Assembly: GCA_041601615.1 (NCBI GenBank)
Contig: JBFIHX010000004.1
Coordinates: 32,001-96,000 of the forward strand
From: Thermoplasmatota archaeon
GTDB taxonomy: Archaea > Thermoplasmatota > E2 > JACPAO01 > JAHFTW01
Length of the DNA: 64,000 nucleotides
Direction of reading: 5' to 3'
How positions within the stretch are numbered: position 1 is the stretch's first letter; the number at the start of each line of letters is the position of its first letter. This document shows positions 56,745 to 64,000 of the stretch, piece by piece. Position numbers and translations under genes: made by a program. Below the pieces are notes generated by a model. It saw nothing but the letters and a program-made list of their open reading frames with translations. It did no database searches and was not told the DNA's origin.

Positions 56745-57008
56745 CTAGAACACTCCAATGCGCATGCCGATGTCCTCGGCGGTCGTGTCGCCACCGAACT
56801 TGACGATGGCGCGTTTTCCTTGCTTGGTGATGCGGGTGTTGACCGTGTCGACTTCGCACTCGAACAGGACTTGGACCGCTTCCTTGATCTGGGGCTTGGT
56901 GGCCGTGCGGCGCACCAGGAATTCCAGGGAGTTGTTCTTGTCCATCAGCATCATGGTCTTCTCCGTCACGAGGGGGTGGAAGACAATGGCGTAGGGGTCG
57001 ATGCTCAT
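56745..57008 (-). CDS. rpl23: 50S ribosomal protein uL23
   Basis: P.VTEK, ATK..IK.AV, VNT. Confidence 0.95.
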   Translation of the reverse strand: MSIDPYAIVFHPLVTEKTMMLMDKNNSLEFLVRRTATKPQIKEAVQVLFECEVDTVNTRITKQGKRAIVKFGGDTTAEDIGMRIGVF

Positions 57009-57763
57009 TCGAAGACCTCCTTGATGTGTTCAAGAGCGCCCTTGGTGAAGACCGTCAGGCGGCCCACGTCGCCACCGGGGGCGAGGTGTTCGGCGCTGAT
57101 GTCTTTGGCGGCGACAACATCGCAGCCGACCAGGTTCTGGACACCGGGTGCCTTGCCGTCAATGGTCACGAAGAGCACCGACTTGGGGGTCTTGAGGCGG
57201 CGGCCACGCAGTTTGCCCATGCCGGGGCGAACGTGTTGTCCGTCCTTGGCGCGAGCGAGGTCACCGGAGAGGCCGAGGGCCTCAAGGGAACCGAGCGTGT
57301 CCTTGGTCTTGGCGGCGAAGAAATCATCTTCGACGACCACGGGGAACGACTGGACACCGTCGGTGCGGTGGCCACGACCGCTGACCAGTTCGCCATTGGC
57401 CGTTGCGGCCAGGGCGCTCTGGATTGCCAGTCGGCGTTCCTTGGTGTTGATTTTCAGGGTCCACAAGTGGCGGCTTTGCGGCGCGTGGGCGCGGCGTCCA
57501 CCGACGTTGTTGGGGGCCAGGGCCGCGACGCGACCTTGGGTCAGGCGGGGCACACGGCTGGAACCTTTGCCCTTTCCGACACTGGCGGTGGCGTGGCGCT
57601 CACCGGCGACGGGGCTGGAGCCGTAGGGCTGGCGGCGGTTGGCGCGGCTGACCTTGACGGCCTTGCGCACCAGGTCGGTGCGGACGGGGCCGGCAAAGGA
57701 AGCGGGAAGTTCGACATCGCCGCCCTTCTTGCCACCCTTTGCGTACACGGGGACTGTGCTCAT
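57005..57763 (-). CDS. rpl4: 50S ribosomal protein uL4
   Basis: RRQPYG, SRVPR, GGRRAH.P, LAPGG..GRLT. Confidence 0.96.
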   Translation of the reverse strand: MSTVPVYAKGGKKGGDVELPASFAGPVRTDLVRKAVKVSRANRRQPYGSSPVAGERHATASVGKGKGSSRVPRLTQGRVAALAPNNVGGRRAHAPQSRHLWTLKINTKERRLAIQSALAATANGELVSGRGHRTDGVQSFPVVVEDDFFAAKTKDTLGSLEALGLSGDLARAKDGQHVRPGMGKLRGRRLKTPKSVLFVTIDGKAPGVQNLVGCDVVAAKDISAEHLAPGGDVGRLTVFTKGALEHIKEVFE

Positions 57764-58767
57764 ACGGATCGGGCTCCCTGCTTGCTGGCAGTGCTGATGT
57801 AGTCGATGCTGGGCTCAGCGTCGACGCCACGGGTGTAGCGGACGGCGTCGCGCAACTTGACGAGGCGCTTGGCGGGTCCGGGGATGCTGCCGTGGAGGAG
57901 GATGTAGGGGTTGCGTACCTCACCGTAGTGAAGGAAGCCACCCTTGGGGGTGATTTCGCTGCCTTCGGCGCCCATCTTGATGATGCGCTTGTTGTACTCG
58001 GTGCGGTGGTGCATGCCGCGCTGACCGTCGTTGGGGACGGTGGATTGCACAAACGCAGGATGCCAGGAACCCTGGGTACCAATCATGCGGCGGTGCTTGC
58101 TGTTCTTGTGCGTCAGCAGCTTGGTGCCGAAGCGCACTACACGGCTTTCGAAACCGTAGCCCTTGGTGACTGCCTGCACGTCGATCATTTGACCGGAGTG
58201 GTGGGCGTCGTTGATGGTGACTTCTTTGCCGAGGATTCCCTGGGCGAAGGCGAGGCGGGCGTCCATGTCGCCGCCGCCGACCCGGAACTCAAGGAGTTCG
58301 GGGGTCTTGCTGTCCACGCCGGAGACGAGGACGGGGGCGGTGCAGGCAAGAACGCGGACGTCGCAGACGTCGGCTTCCTCGGCGAGCTTCAGCTTGGCGG
58401 CCATGTCCTGCTTCTTGGGCAGGGGGAGGCGGCCGGCGAGGCGCTCGGGGAGGGTTTCGGCCCAGACTTCGGTCAAGGCGCGCTTGCCGTAGGGCGTCTG
58501 TTCGTACAGGCGCACCGCGGTGACGGTCATCGGGGGTGTCTCGACGACGGTCACGGGCATGACGACTTCTTGTCCGGAGGTGGTACTGTGCGGTCGGTAG
58601 TCGGTTACGATCGCGTGGGTCATGCCCACTTTGTAACCTGCGAAGCCCTGGAGCTTCGGTTCGCTACCGTCGGCCGCCCAGCTCTTCGTGTGTGGCACGA
58701 CGGAGCGCGCGCGCTTGCGGGGGTAGAACCCCATAGAGCCGCGTCGGGGGTGGTGTTTGGATCCCAT
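57760..58767 (-). CDS. rpl3: 50S ribosomal protein uL3
   Basis: PRRGS.GF.PRKR, GYKVGMTH, H.RTEYNKR, GGFLHYG. Confidence 0.97.
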   Translation of the reverse strand: MGSKHHPRRGSMGFYPRKRARSVVPHTKSWAADGSEPKLQGFAGYKVGMTHAIVTDYRPHSTTSGQEVVMPVTVVETPPMTVTAVRLYEQTPYGKRALTEVWAETLPERLAGRLPLPKKQDMAAKLKLAEEADVCDVRVLACTAPVLVSGVDSKTPELLEFRVGGGDMDARLAFAQGILGKEVTINDAHHSGQMIDVQAVTKGYGFESRVVRFGTKLLTHKNSKHRRMIGTQGSWHPAFVQSTVPNDGQRGMHHRTEYNKRIIKMGAEGSEITPKGGFLHYGEVRNPYILLHGSIPGPAKRLVKLRDAVRYTRGVDAEPSIDYISTASKQGARSV

Positions 58768-58944
58768 TGTGTTCTCTCCATGTCCCTCTGGCCTGGGGCC
58801 TTCGGGTGGTTCGGGCGATGCACAGAGGCAGTGCGCCCGAGGAGATCCGGTCGTGCCGACCCCGCCCACTTCGGTCGTGGACAGGCTATGGCGCCCTCTT
58901 GCAAGAGCACCGGCTCTACCGGATGCAGGGCGGGCGACATGGGT

Positions 58945-58956
58945 GCTATATATGAA
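58945..58956 (-). promoter_or_regulatory. Putative TATA box of ribosomal operon
   Basis: TTCATATATAGC on minus strand about 180 nt upstream of uL3. Confidence 0.5.
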
Positions 58957-59416
58957 CGTTCGCCAGATTTCAAGGAGGCCCCGTATGCAGGTGCGTGGGT
59001 GGCTTTGGCCTGGGTGCCTGAATCGAGCGACGGTGGCGATGCGGTGGTATGGAATTGGAGGGTGTTCTCTGGAGTATTCCGCTGGAGGCCGGATTCTTGG
59101 GGCTCCGGGCGCGGGGGCGCTGGCGGCCCTATTTTTCAAGCTCTGGCCGTGGGGAATGCCAGATTCGGCGGATGGGAGCTACCTACGCGTAGCATGGGCC
59201 AAAGGGGTGGGCCGACAGACAAAGGCGTGCAATCAAATGGATGCGCTCCGCTGAATGCGTGTAGGAGGAGCCGGCCTGACTCGAACTCCGATTCATTTTG
59301 CGAAGGCGCTTGAAGCGGGATATTCCCGTTCTTGATGGGAAAGGAGAAAGTTGGGAGTGGGTGCTGTGGCGTCAGGTGGCTTGATGGAGTCGCCATCGGC
59401 CACGGCCTACTTGGCC

Positions 59417-59650
59417 CTAGTGCGCCAGCCGGACGTACTTGTGTTCGCCAACGTGTCCTTCGACGGCGGCGGCGTAGTAGATCATGTAGCCAGCGCCAAG
59501 GCCGACGAGCGCGTAGATGGTGCGCTCCAGCCATTCGATGGCGCCGAAGACGGCGTTCACGAGGTTGAAGTCGAAGAGGCCTATGAGGCCCCAGTTCAGG
59601 CCGCCCACGATGACCAGTACGAGGGCAATCCAGTTCAGGGTTCGGAGCAT
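59417..59650 (-). CDS. DUF378 family membrane protein
   Basis: LVIVGGLNWGLIGLFDFNLV..FG, IY.LVGL. Confidence 0.9.
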   Translation of the reverse strand: MLRTLNWIALVLVIVGGLNWGLIGLFDFNLVNAVFGAIEWLERTIYALVGLGAGYMIYYAAAVEGHVGEHKYVRLAH

Positions 59651-59739
59651 GTTTTTGCCTCGATTCCCTGTGGTTTCGGGAAGTGCTTGGTCCTTGCGAG
59701 AAGTGCGCACGCCGCAAGGGGTTGGCTGGGGCCTGAGGT

Positions 59740-59997
59740 TTAGGATCGACGGATGGGCTGGGTGCGTCGGGGTCGTTTCTTGAGTTCGCCGGAGCAATTG
59801 GGGCAGACGAATCCGTATCCTTCGGCGCAGTCGGGGCACCATGTGCATTCGTGGGAGCAAATGAAGCAGGCGTCGATCCAGGAGAGGTGCGTGGTGCAGC
59901 CGTCGCAGGCGTCCTTGTATTGGAGGGAGTCGGGGTCGAGGCCGGGCGCTTGTTTTGGTGCCAGTTCGTCCGGTTCGAGGTAGTCCTCGGCGTCCAC
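59740..59997 (-). CDS. DUF1272 family Cys-rich protein
   Basis: CDGC...ICSHECTWCPDC...CPNCSGEL..RPR; start uncertain. Confidence 0.8.
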   Translation of the reverse strand: MDAEDYLEPDELAPKQAPGLDPDSLQYKDACDGCTTHLSWIDACFICSHECTWCPDCAEGYGFVCPNCSGELKKRPRRTQPIRRS

Positions 59998-60281
59998 GAG
60001 GTGGCGACGGGGCGATGGAACTTGAAGGCGGAGGTCGTGAGGCCCAGGCCGACCCCCACCGTTGGGTGGTACCGATTCCGATGGAAGGGCCTTCTGAACC
60101 CACAGTCCCTGGCGAAGCATATGGGGGATGCGGCAAAGTTGCCCTATGTATCTAGAACGAATGAGGGGCTTTGGACTCGAAACCGGCAAATACGACGCGC
60201 ATCTGGCCCGGCCTGTCCAGGGGGCAGTTCTCGTGGATGGAGCAGGCGAGGCGTCGTTTGTTTCGCATGTGCCAACCCCGT

Positions 60282-60364
60282 GCCAGTTTCGCATAGCTAG
60301 GTAGTGCGGCGGATTCGAAATCCGCTGGTCTCTGACCACGCAGGTTCAAATCCTGCAGCTGGCG
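60282..60364 (+). tRNA. tRNA-Ser (anticodon CGA)
   Basis: Acceptor GCCAGTT/AGCTGGC, anticodon arm GCGGA-TTCGAAA-TCCGC, long variable arm TGGTC/GACCA, T arm GCAGG-TTCAAAT-CCTGC, G discriminator, CCA not encoded. Confidence 0.95.
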
Positions 60365-60437
60365 CTGATTTTGTCCGCAGGGCCCAAGCGGCCGGACTGC
60401 CTCTTTCCTTCTCCGTCTCCTCGATTCGGTGCTTCTC

Positions 60438-60647
60438 ATGCTCGTCCATGTCCGTTTCCGACCCCGACGCCAAGATGACCGTTCGGTCGATTTGCCCGAC
60501 GGCGCGACGGTGAAGGATCTCGTGGAGGCGGTGGGGGAGCCGATTGATGTGATGGTGTGCGTTCGTGGTGGAGCGCCGATTCCCGACGACAGTGTCTTGT
60601 TTGAGGCGGATGAGTTGTTGCTGTTGTCGGCTGCCAGCGGTGGTTGA
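60438..60647 (+). CDS. Ubiquitin-like SAMP/MoaD/ThiS protein
   Basis: Beta-grasp pattern ATVKDL, C-terminal SGG. Confidence 0.88.
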   Translation: MLVHVRFRPRRQDDRSVDLPDGATVKDLVEAVGEPIDVMVCVRGGAPIPDDSVLFEADELLLLSAASGG

Positions 60648-61733
60648 ATGATTCTTGGTCGCGCATCGCCGGAGGGCACGGCCCGGTTTGCTGCTCGGCA
60701 CGCGGGTATGGCGTTTCGTGCCGTGGGCGGATTGCAGGTGAGTTCTCTGGGCATGGGCAGTTATTTGGGAACCACGGACCCGGAGGCACGCGCAGACTAC
60801 TCGGCGGCGGCTCTCGCTTGCTTGCAGGGTGGCGTGAATGTCTTGGATACGGCGAGCAACTACCGTGATCGCTGTTCGGAGCGCGACTTGGGCCGGGCTT
60901 TGGCGGCGTTCGTGGCGGCGGGGGGCGCTCGCGACGAGGTCCTTGTGTCATCGAAGGCCGGTTTTTTGCATCGGGACGCGGACGACGCGGAATGGATGCA
61001 GGAATTGAATCCGGATTCGCATGTGGCGGGCCATAGCTTGGACCCTGAATTTTTGCGCGCCCAGATTGCTCGCAGCCGGGAGGCGTTGGGCGTGGATTGC
61101 ATCGATGTCTATCATGTGCACAACCCGGAGCACCAGTTGCAGGGTGTTTCTGAGGACGAATTGATGCGGCGGCTCCGGGCGGCATTCGTGGTGCTGGAGG
61201 AGGCCGTGGACGCGGGGCACATTCGCATCTATGGCATTGCGACGTGGGATGGTTTGCGCGTCGGCCCTGGGCACCCCAGCCACTTGCCACTCGTCAAGGT
61301 CGTGCACGAAGCGGGCCAGGCGGCGATGTCGCTGGGTCGTCGTGCGTCGGAGCATCGTTTTCGTGCCGTCCAATTGCCGGTAAACCTAGGCATGACCCAG
61401 GCGGCGTTGGTGCCGAGTCAGCCCTGGAAGTTTGGCGACCACACGGCGCTCCAGGCGTGCAAAGACCTTGGCGTGTACGTCCAGGGGTCGTGTGCGCTGG
61501 CGCAGACGTCTCTCGTGGGCCGCATCGCGCCAGAGTGGGCTGAAGCACTCGGCACCGAATCAGATTTGGAAACAGCGATGGCGTTTGCTCGTTCGGTACC
61601 GGGCGTCCACACGGCGCTGGTCGGGATGGGAAAGCTCGAACATGCTCGGCAGAATCTGGAGTGGGCGCTTCGTCGTCCGCCCGACACGGGCACGGTGGGT
61701 CTCTTGTTGGGGCCCGGCGGACCGCACGGTTGA
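60648..61733 (+). CDS. Aldo/keto reductase
   Basis: LGMGSYLG, DTASNYR..SE, SKAG, DVYHVHNPE. Confidence 0.9.
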   Translation: MILGRASPEGTARFAARHAGMAFRAVGGLQVSSLGMGSYLGTTDPEARADYSAAALACLQGGVNVLDTASNYRDRCSERDLGRALAAFVAAGGARDEVLVSSKAGFLHRDADDAEWMQELNPDSHVAGHSLDPEFLRAQIARSREALGVDCIDVYHVHNPEHQLQGVSEDELMRRLRAAFVVLEEAVDAGHIRIYGIATWDGLRVGPGHPSHLPLVKVVHEAGQAAMSLGRRASEHRFRAVQLPVNLGMTQAALVPSQPWKFGDHTALQACKDLGVYVQGSCALAQTSLVGRIAPEWAEALGTESDLETAMAFARSVPGVHTALVGMGKLEHARQNLEWALRRPPDTGTVGLLLGPGGPHG

Positions 61734-61740
61734 GGTTCGT

Positions 61741-62370
61741 TCAGTAGGATTCCCAGTAGGGCACGTCGAGCGGCGGCAGGTGCTCGTAGTCTGTGATGAT
61801 GATGTTGTCGCGGCTCCATGCTCCGAGGTATTGAACGTGGAGAACGCCCTGGTAGCGGTAAGTGCCGTGCACGTCGTTTTGGGTACAGGTGCAGGAGGTG
61901 TCGATGGTCCAATCGTAGACTTCGCCGGGCTTCAGGGTCTTGCCGCCGACCATCACGCCGCCGGTTGTGGCGACCACGGTGATGCGTTCGGGTACGTCCG
62001 GGTGCCACCAGACCAGTTGGTCTAGGGCCTCCAGCGATTGCAATTGGGGGGACCAGCAGCCATCTTCCCAGAGTTTGTCCGTCTCGTCCACGCGGATGGC
62101 TGCGACGTGGGCGTCTCTTGGGTCCGCTTGGTGCCATTCTGTGGCAACGTACCAGATGCGTTGCTGGTCATCATCGGCAGAAAACGGTGGCTGGGCTATG
62201 TCGCAGACTCCTTGCGGCTGTGGTTCGGGGCCCGTTTCCTCGACGCTGCCGCCGATTACAAGCACATGCAAAACGTCGGTCGGGGCAGGGGGAGTTCGAT
62301 CGGGTCCGGAGTCAAGGCAACCTGTGAGCACCGTGGCCAGCAAGAGGACCAAGAACCGGCCACGGTGCAT
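61741..62370 (-). CDS. Lipoprotein of unknown function
   Basis: LTGC lipobox. Confidence 0.75.
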   Translation of the reverse strand: MHRGRFLVLLLATVLTGCLDSGPDRTPPAPTDVLHVLVIGGSVEETGPEPQPQGVCDIAQPPFSADDDQQRIWYVATEWHQADPRDAHVAAIRVDETDKLWEDGCWSPQLQSLEALDQLVWWHPDVPERITVVATTGGVMVGGKTLKPGEVYDWTIDTSCTCTQNDVHGTYRYQGVLHVQYLGAWSRDNIIITDYEHLPPLDVPYWESY

Positions 62371-62503
62371 GAGCCATCATGTACGCCCTAGCGGTTGTAG
62401 CTTTGCGTTTTGTTGGCAAAAAAACAACCAATCGCGGTACCGCCCGTGGCTGGCCGCTGGAACCGGGTGTATCTGCTTTTGACGGAGTTTCTTTCGCGCC
62501 ACC

Positions 62504-62956
62504 ATGGCGATGATCAAGGAATTCAAGGAGTTCATCATGAAGGGCAACGTGCTGGACTTGGCGGTCGCATTGGTGCTTGGCATTGCCTTTGGCGCCGTGG
62601 TCAAGTCGCTCGTGGATGATGTGATCATGCCCGCCGTGGGCCTAGCGCTAGGCGGCACGGACTTCACGAACTTGTACTGGGTCATGAAATCGGGCGCGAC
62701 TCCAGTGCCGGATGGCGCAACACTGGAGGCAGCACGCGCCACGGGTGCTGCGGTCATGGCGTATGGGTTGTTTTTGAACAACATCGTGACCTTTGTCATC
62801 ATTGGCTTTGCGATCTTCATGATCGTCAAGGCAGTCAATAAGGCCCAACGTGCCCCGGCGGCGACGCCAAGCAACATGAAGCCGTGCGCTCAGTGCACCA
62901 TGGACATTCCCTTGGCTGCTTCGCGCTGCCCCCACTGCACGGCGCCGCTGGCGTAG
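62504..62956 (+). CDS. mscL: Large-conductance mechanosensitive channel
   Basis: EFKEFIMKGNVLDLAV, YGLFL, C-terminal CAQC...CPHC. Confidence 0.95.
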   Translation: MAMIKEFKEFIMKGNVLDLAVALVLGIAFGAVVKSLVDDVIMPAVGLALGGTDFTNLYWVMKSGATPVPDGATLEAARATGAAVMAYGLFLNNIVTFVIIGFAIFMIVKAVNKAQRAPAATPSNMKPCAQCTMDIPLAASRCPHCTAPLA

Positions 62957-62964
62957 TGGGCTAA

Positions 62965-64000
62965 TTAGGGTCGGCCGGCGGGGCTGCGGCTGCCTGCGCG
63001 CACTTCGTGGACAAGATCCGCGAGGGACACGGAGCGAGATTCGCCGCTGACGAGGTCCTTGATGCGCACTTGGCCGGATTCGAGGTCGCGGTCGCCGAGA
63101 ATGACGAGAAGCCGGGCACCGACGGCGGTCGCCGCTTTGGTGATTTTGTCCGGTTTGCGTCCCAATAGGTCCATGTCCACGGGCACGCCGTCCTTGCGAA
63201 GCTGCGTCACCGTTTCCACGACGACTGCTTGCGCCGCCTCGCCGAGCGCTCCGAAGTACGCGACGGGACCGGCAGCGATGGGAAGCGCCACGCCTTGTTT
63301 TTCGAGCGCCACGAGGGTGCGGTCGAAGCCGAGGCCGAAGCCCATGGTATCTGTTTTAGCACCACCAAATAAATGGGATAAATCGTACCCGCCGCCGCCA
63401 AGAAGTTGGCTTTGGGCCTCCAGTTCCTTGCAGTGGAACTCGAAGACGACGCCGGTGTAGTAGTCGAGGCCGCGGGCGATGCCGAGGTTGAGGGTGGGGG
63501 TGATGCCGAGGTTTTCCAGATGGTTGAAAACTGCCTTGAGTTCATTCAAACGAGTGACCTGAGCACCCTTTTCCCAATCCATTGGTTCCATGGCTCCACC
63601 ACCTGACAAATGCAAACTTTGATCCCAATTTCTCCAGTGTTGTATCGCTTCGGCTATCGTACTGGAAGAAATTATTTTTCTAAATCCAGCAAGAACCTCG
63701 GGGGGTGCAGCGCCCCCAAGGTGTGCTTCCAGAGCGGCCCAGTCCTCTTTGTCGATAGTGCGCATAATCAGCTTGCGATCCAGGTTCGGGTAGCCCTGCA
63801 TGATGCGGGTTACCATTCGCCCAAGCAAATCAACGTGTCCAACTCGAATCTCCACATCCTTGAGCCCAAGCGCCTCGAAGCAACTGGCGCCGAGTGCAAT
63901 CAATTCCGCGTATGCCAGTGGCGTTCCGGCGCCGATTTGTTCGCAGCCGAATTGCCAGAATTCGCGGTAGCGGCCTTCTTGGGGTCGGTCGTAGCGGAAG
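62965..64000 (-). CDS. hisS: Histidine--tRNA ligase (5' end outside window)
   Basis: GRYREFWQFG, RGLDYYTGVVFE, GGGGYD, GFGLGFDR. Confidence 0.96.
   Translation of the reverse strand, partial: FRYDRPQEGRYREFWQFGCEQIGAGTPLAYAELIALGASCFEALGLKDVEIRVGHVDLLGRMVTRIMQGYPNLDRKLIMRTIDKEDWAALEAHLGGAAPPEVLAGFRKIISSSTIAEAIQHWRNWDQSLHLSGGGAMEPMDWEKGAQVTRLNELKAVFNHLENLGITPTLNLGIARGLDYYTGVVFEFHCKELEAQSQLLGGGGYDLSHLFGGAKTDTMGFGLGFDRTLVALEKQGVALPIAAGPVAYFGALGEAAQAVVVETVTQLRKDGVPVDMDLLGRKPDKITKAATAVGARLLVILGDRDLESGQVRIKDLVSGESRSVSLADLVHEVRAGSRSPAGRP

Noticed and set aside
60282-60364. tRNA-Ser as an integration site
   Set aside because: No duplicate of its 3' end or adjacent integrase seen in the window.
62870-62956. 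MscL C-terminal zinc-ribbon as a novelty
   Set aside because: This extension is common in many bacterial MscL proteins.

Overview
High-GC archaeal window, most likely an uncultured Thermoplasmatota-like euryarchaeon (inferred from archaeal r-proteins eS4/eL19/eL32, RNase P p29, SUI1, NucS, prefoldin beta, SAMP, thiolase+DUF35). The right third holds the archaeal uL3-to-secY ribosomal superoperon (minus strand). It is interrupted between uL29 and uS17 by two tandem SUI1/aIF1 paralogs (one Cys-rich, one with those Cys lost), a VapBC-type toxin-antitoxin pair and an opposite-strand three-repeat beta-trefoil-like gene. tRNA-Ser(CGA), mscL and a partial hisS follow. The left two-thirds is accessory. 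The strongest candidate for a new system is a putative archaeal RiPP locus at about 2.5-5.3 kb: a DUF692/MNIO iron enzyme, a translationally coupled partner with a PqqD/RRE-like C-terminus, a small ORF with a lasso-type YxxP leader followed by CxxC, and a secreted protein. Also present: a CcmF/CcdA/thioredoxin cluster; a 5.9-kb integrase-less island inserted in the 3' end of nucS (72-bp direct repeat with only synonymous mismatches) carrying a glycine-rich secreted protein; a CopR/CopZ-like copper pair; a bacterial-type PlsB/PlsC-like acyltransferase; tandem ferredoxins; and a dispersed palindromic repeat. All family calls come from motif recognition by eye; no database search was run.
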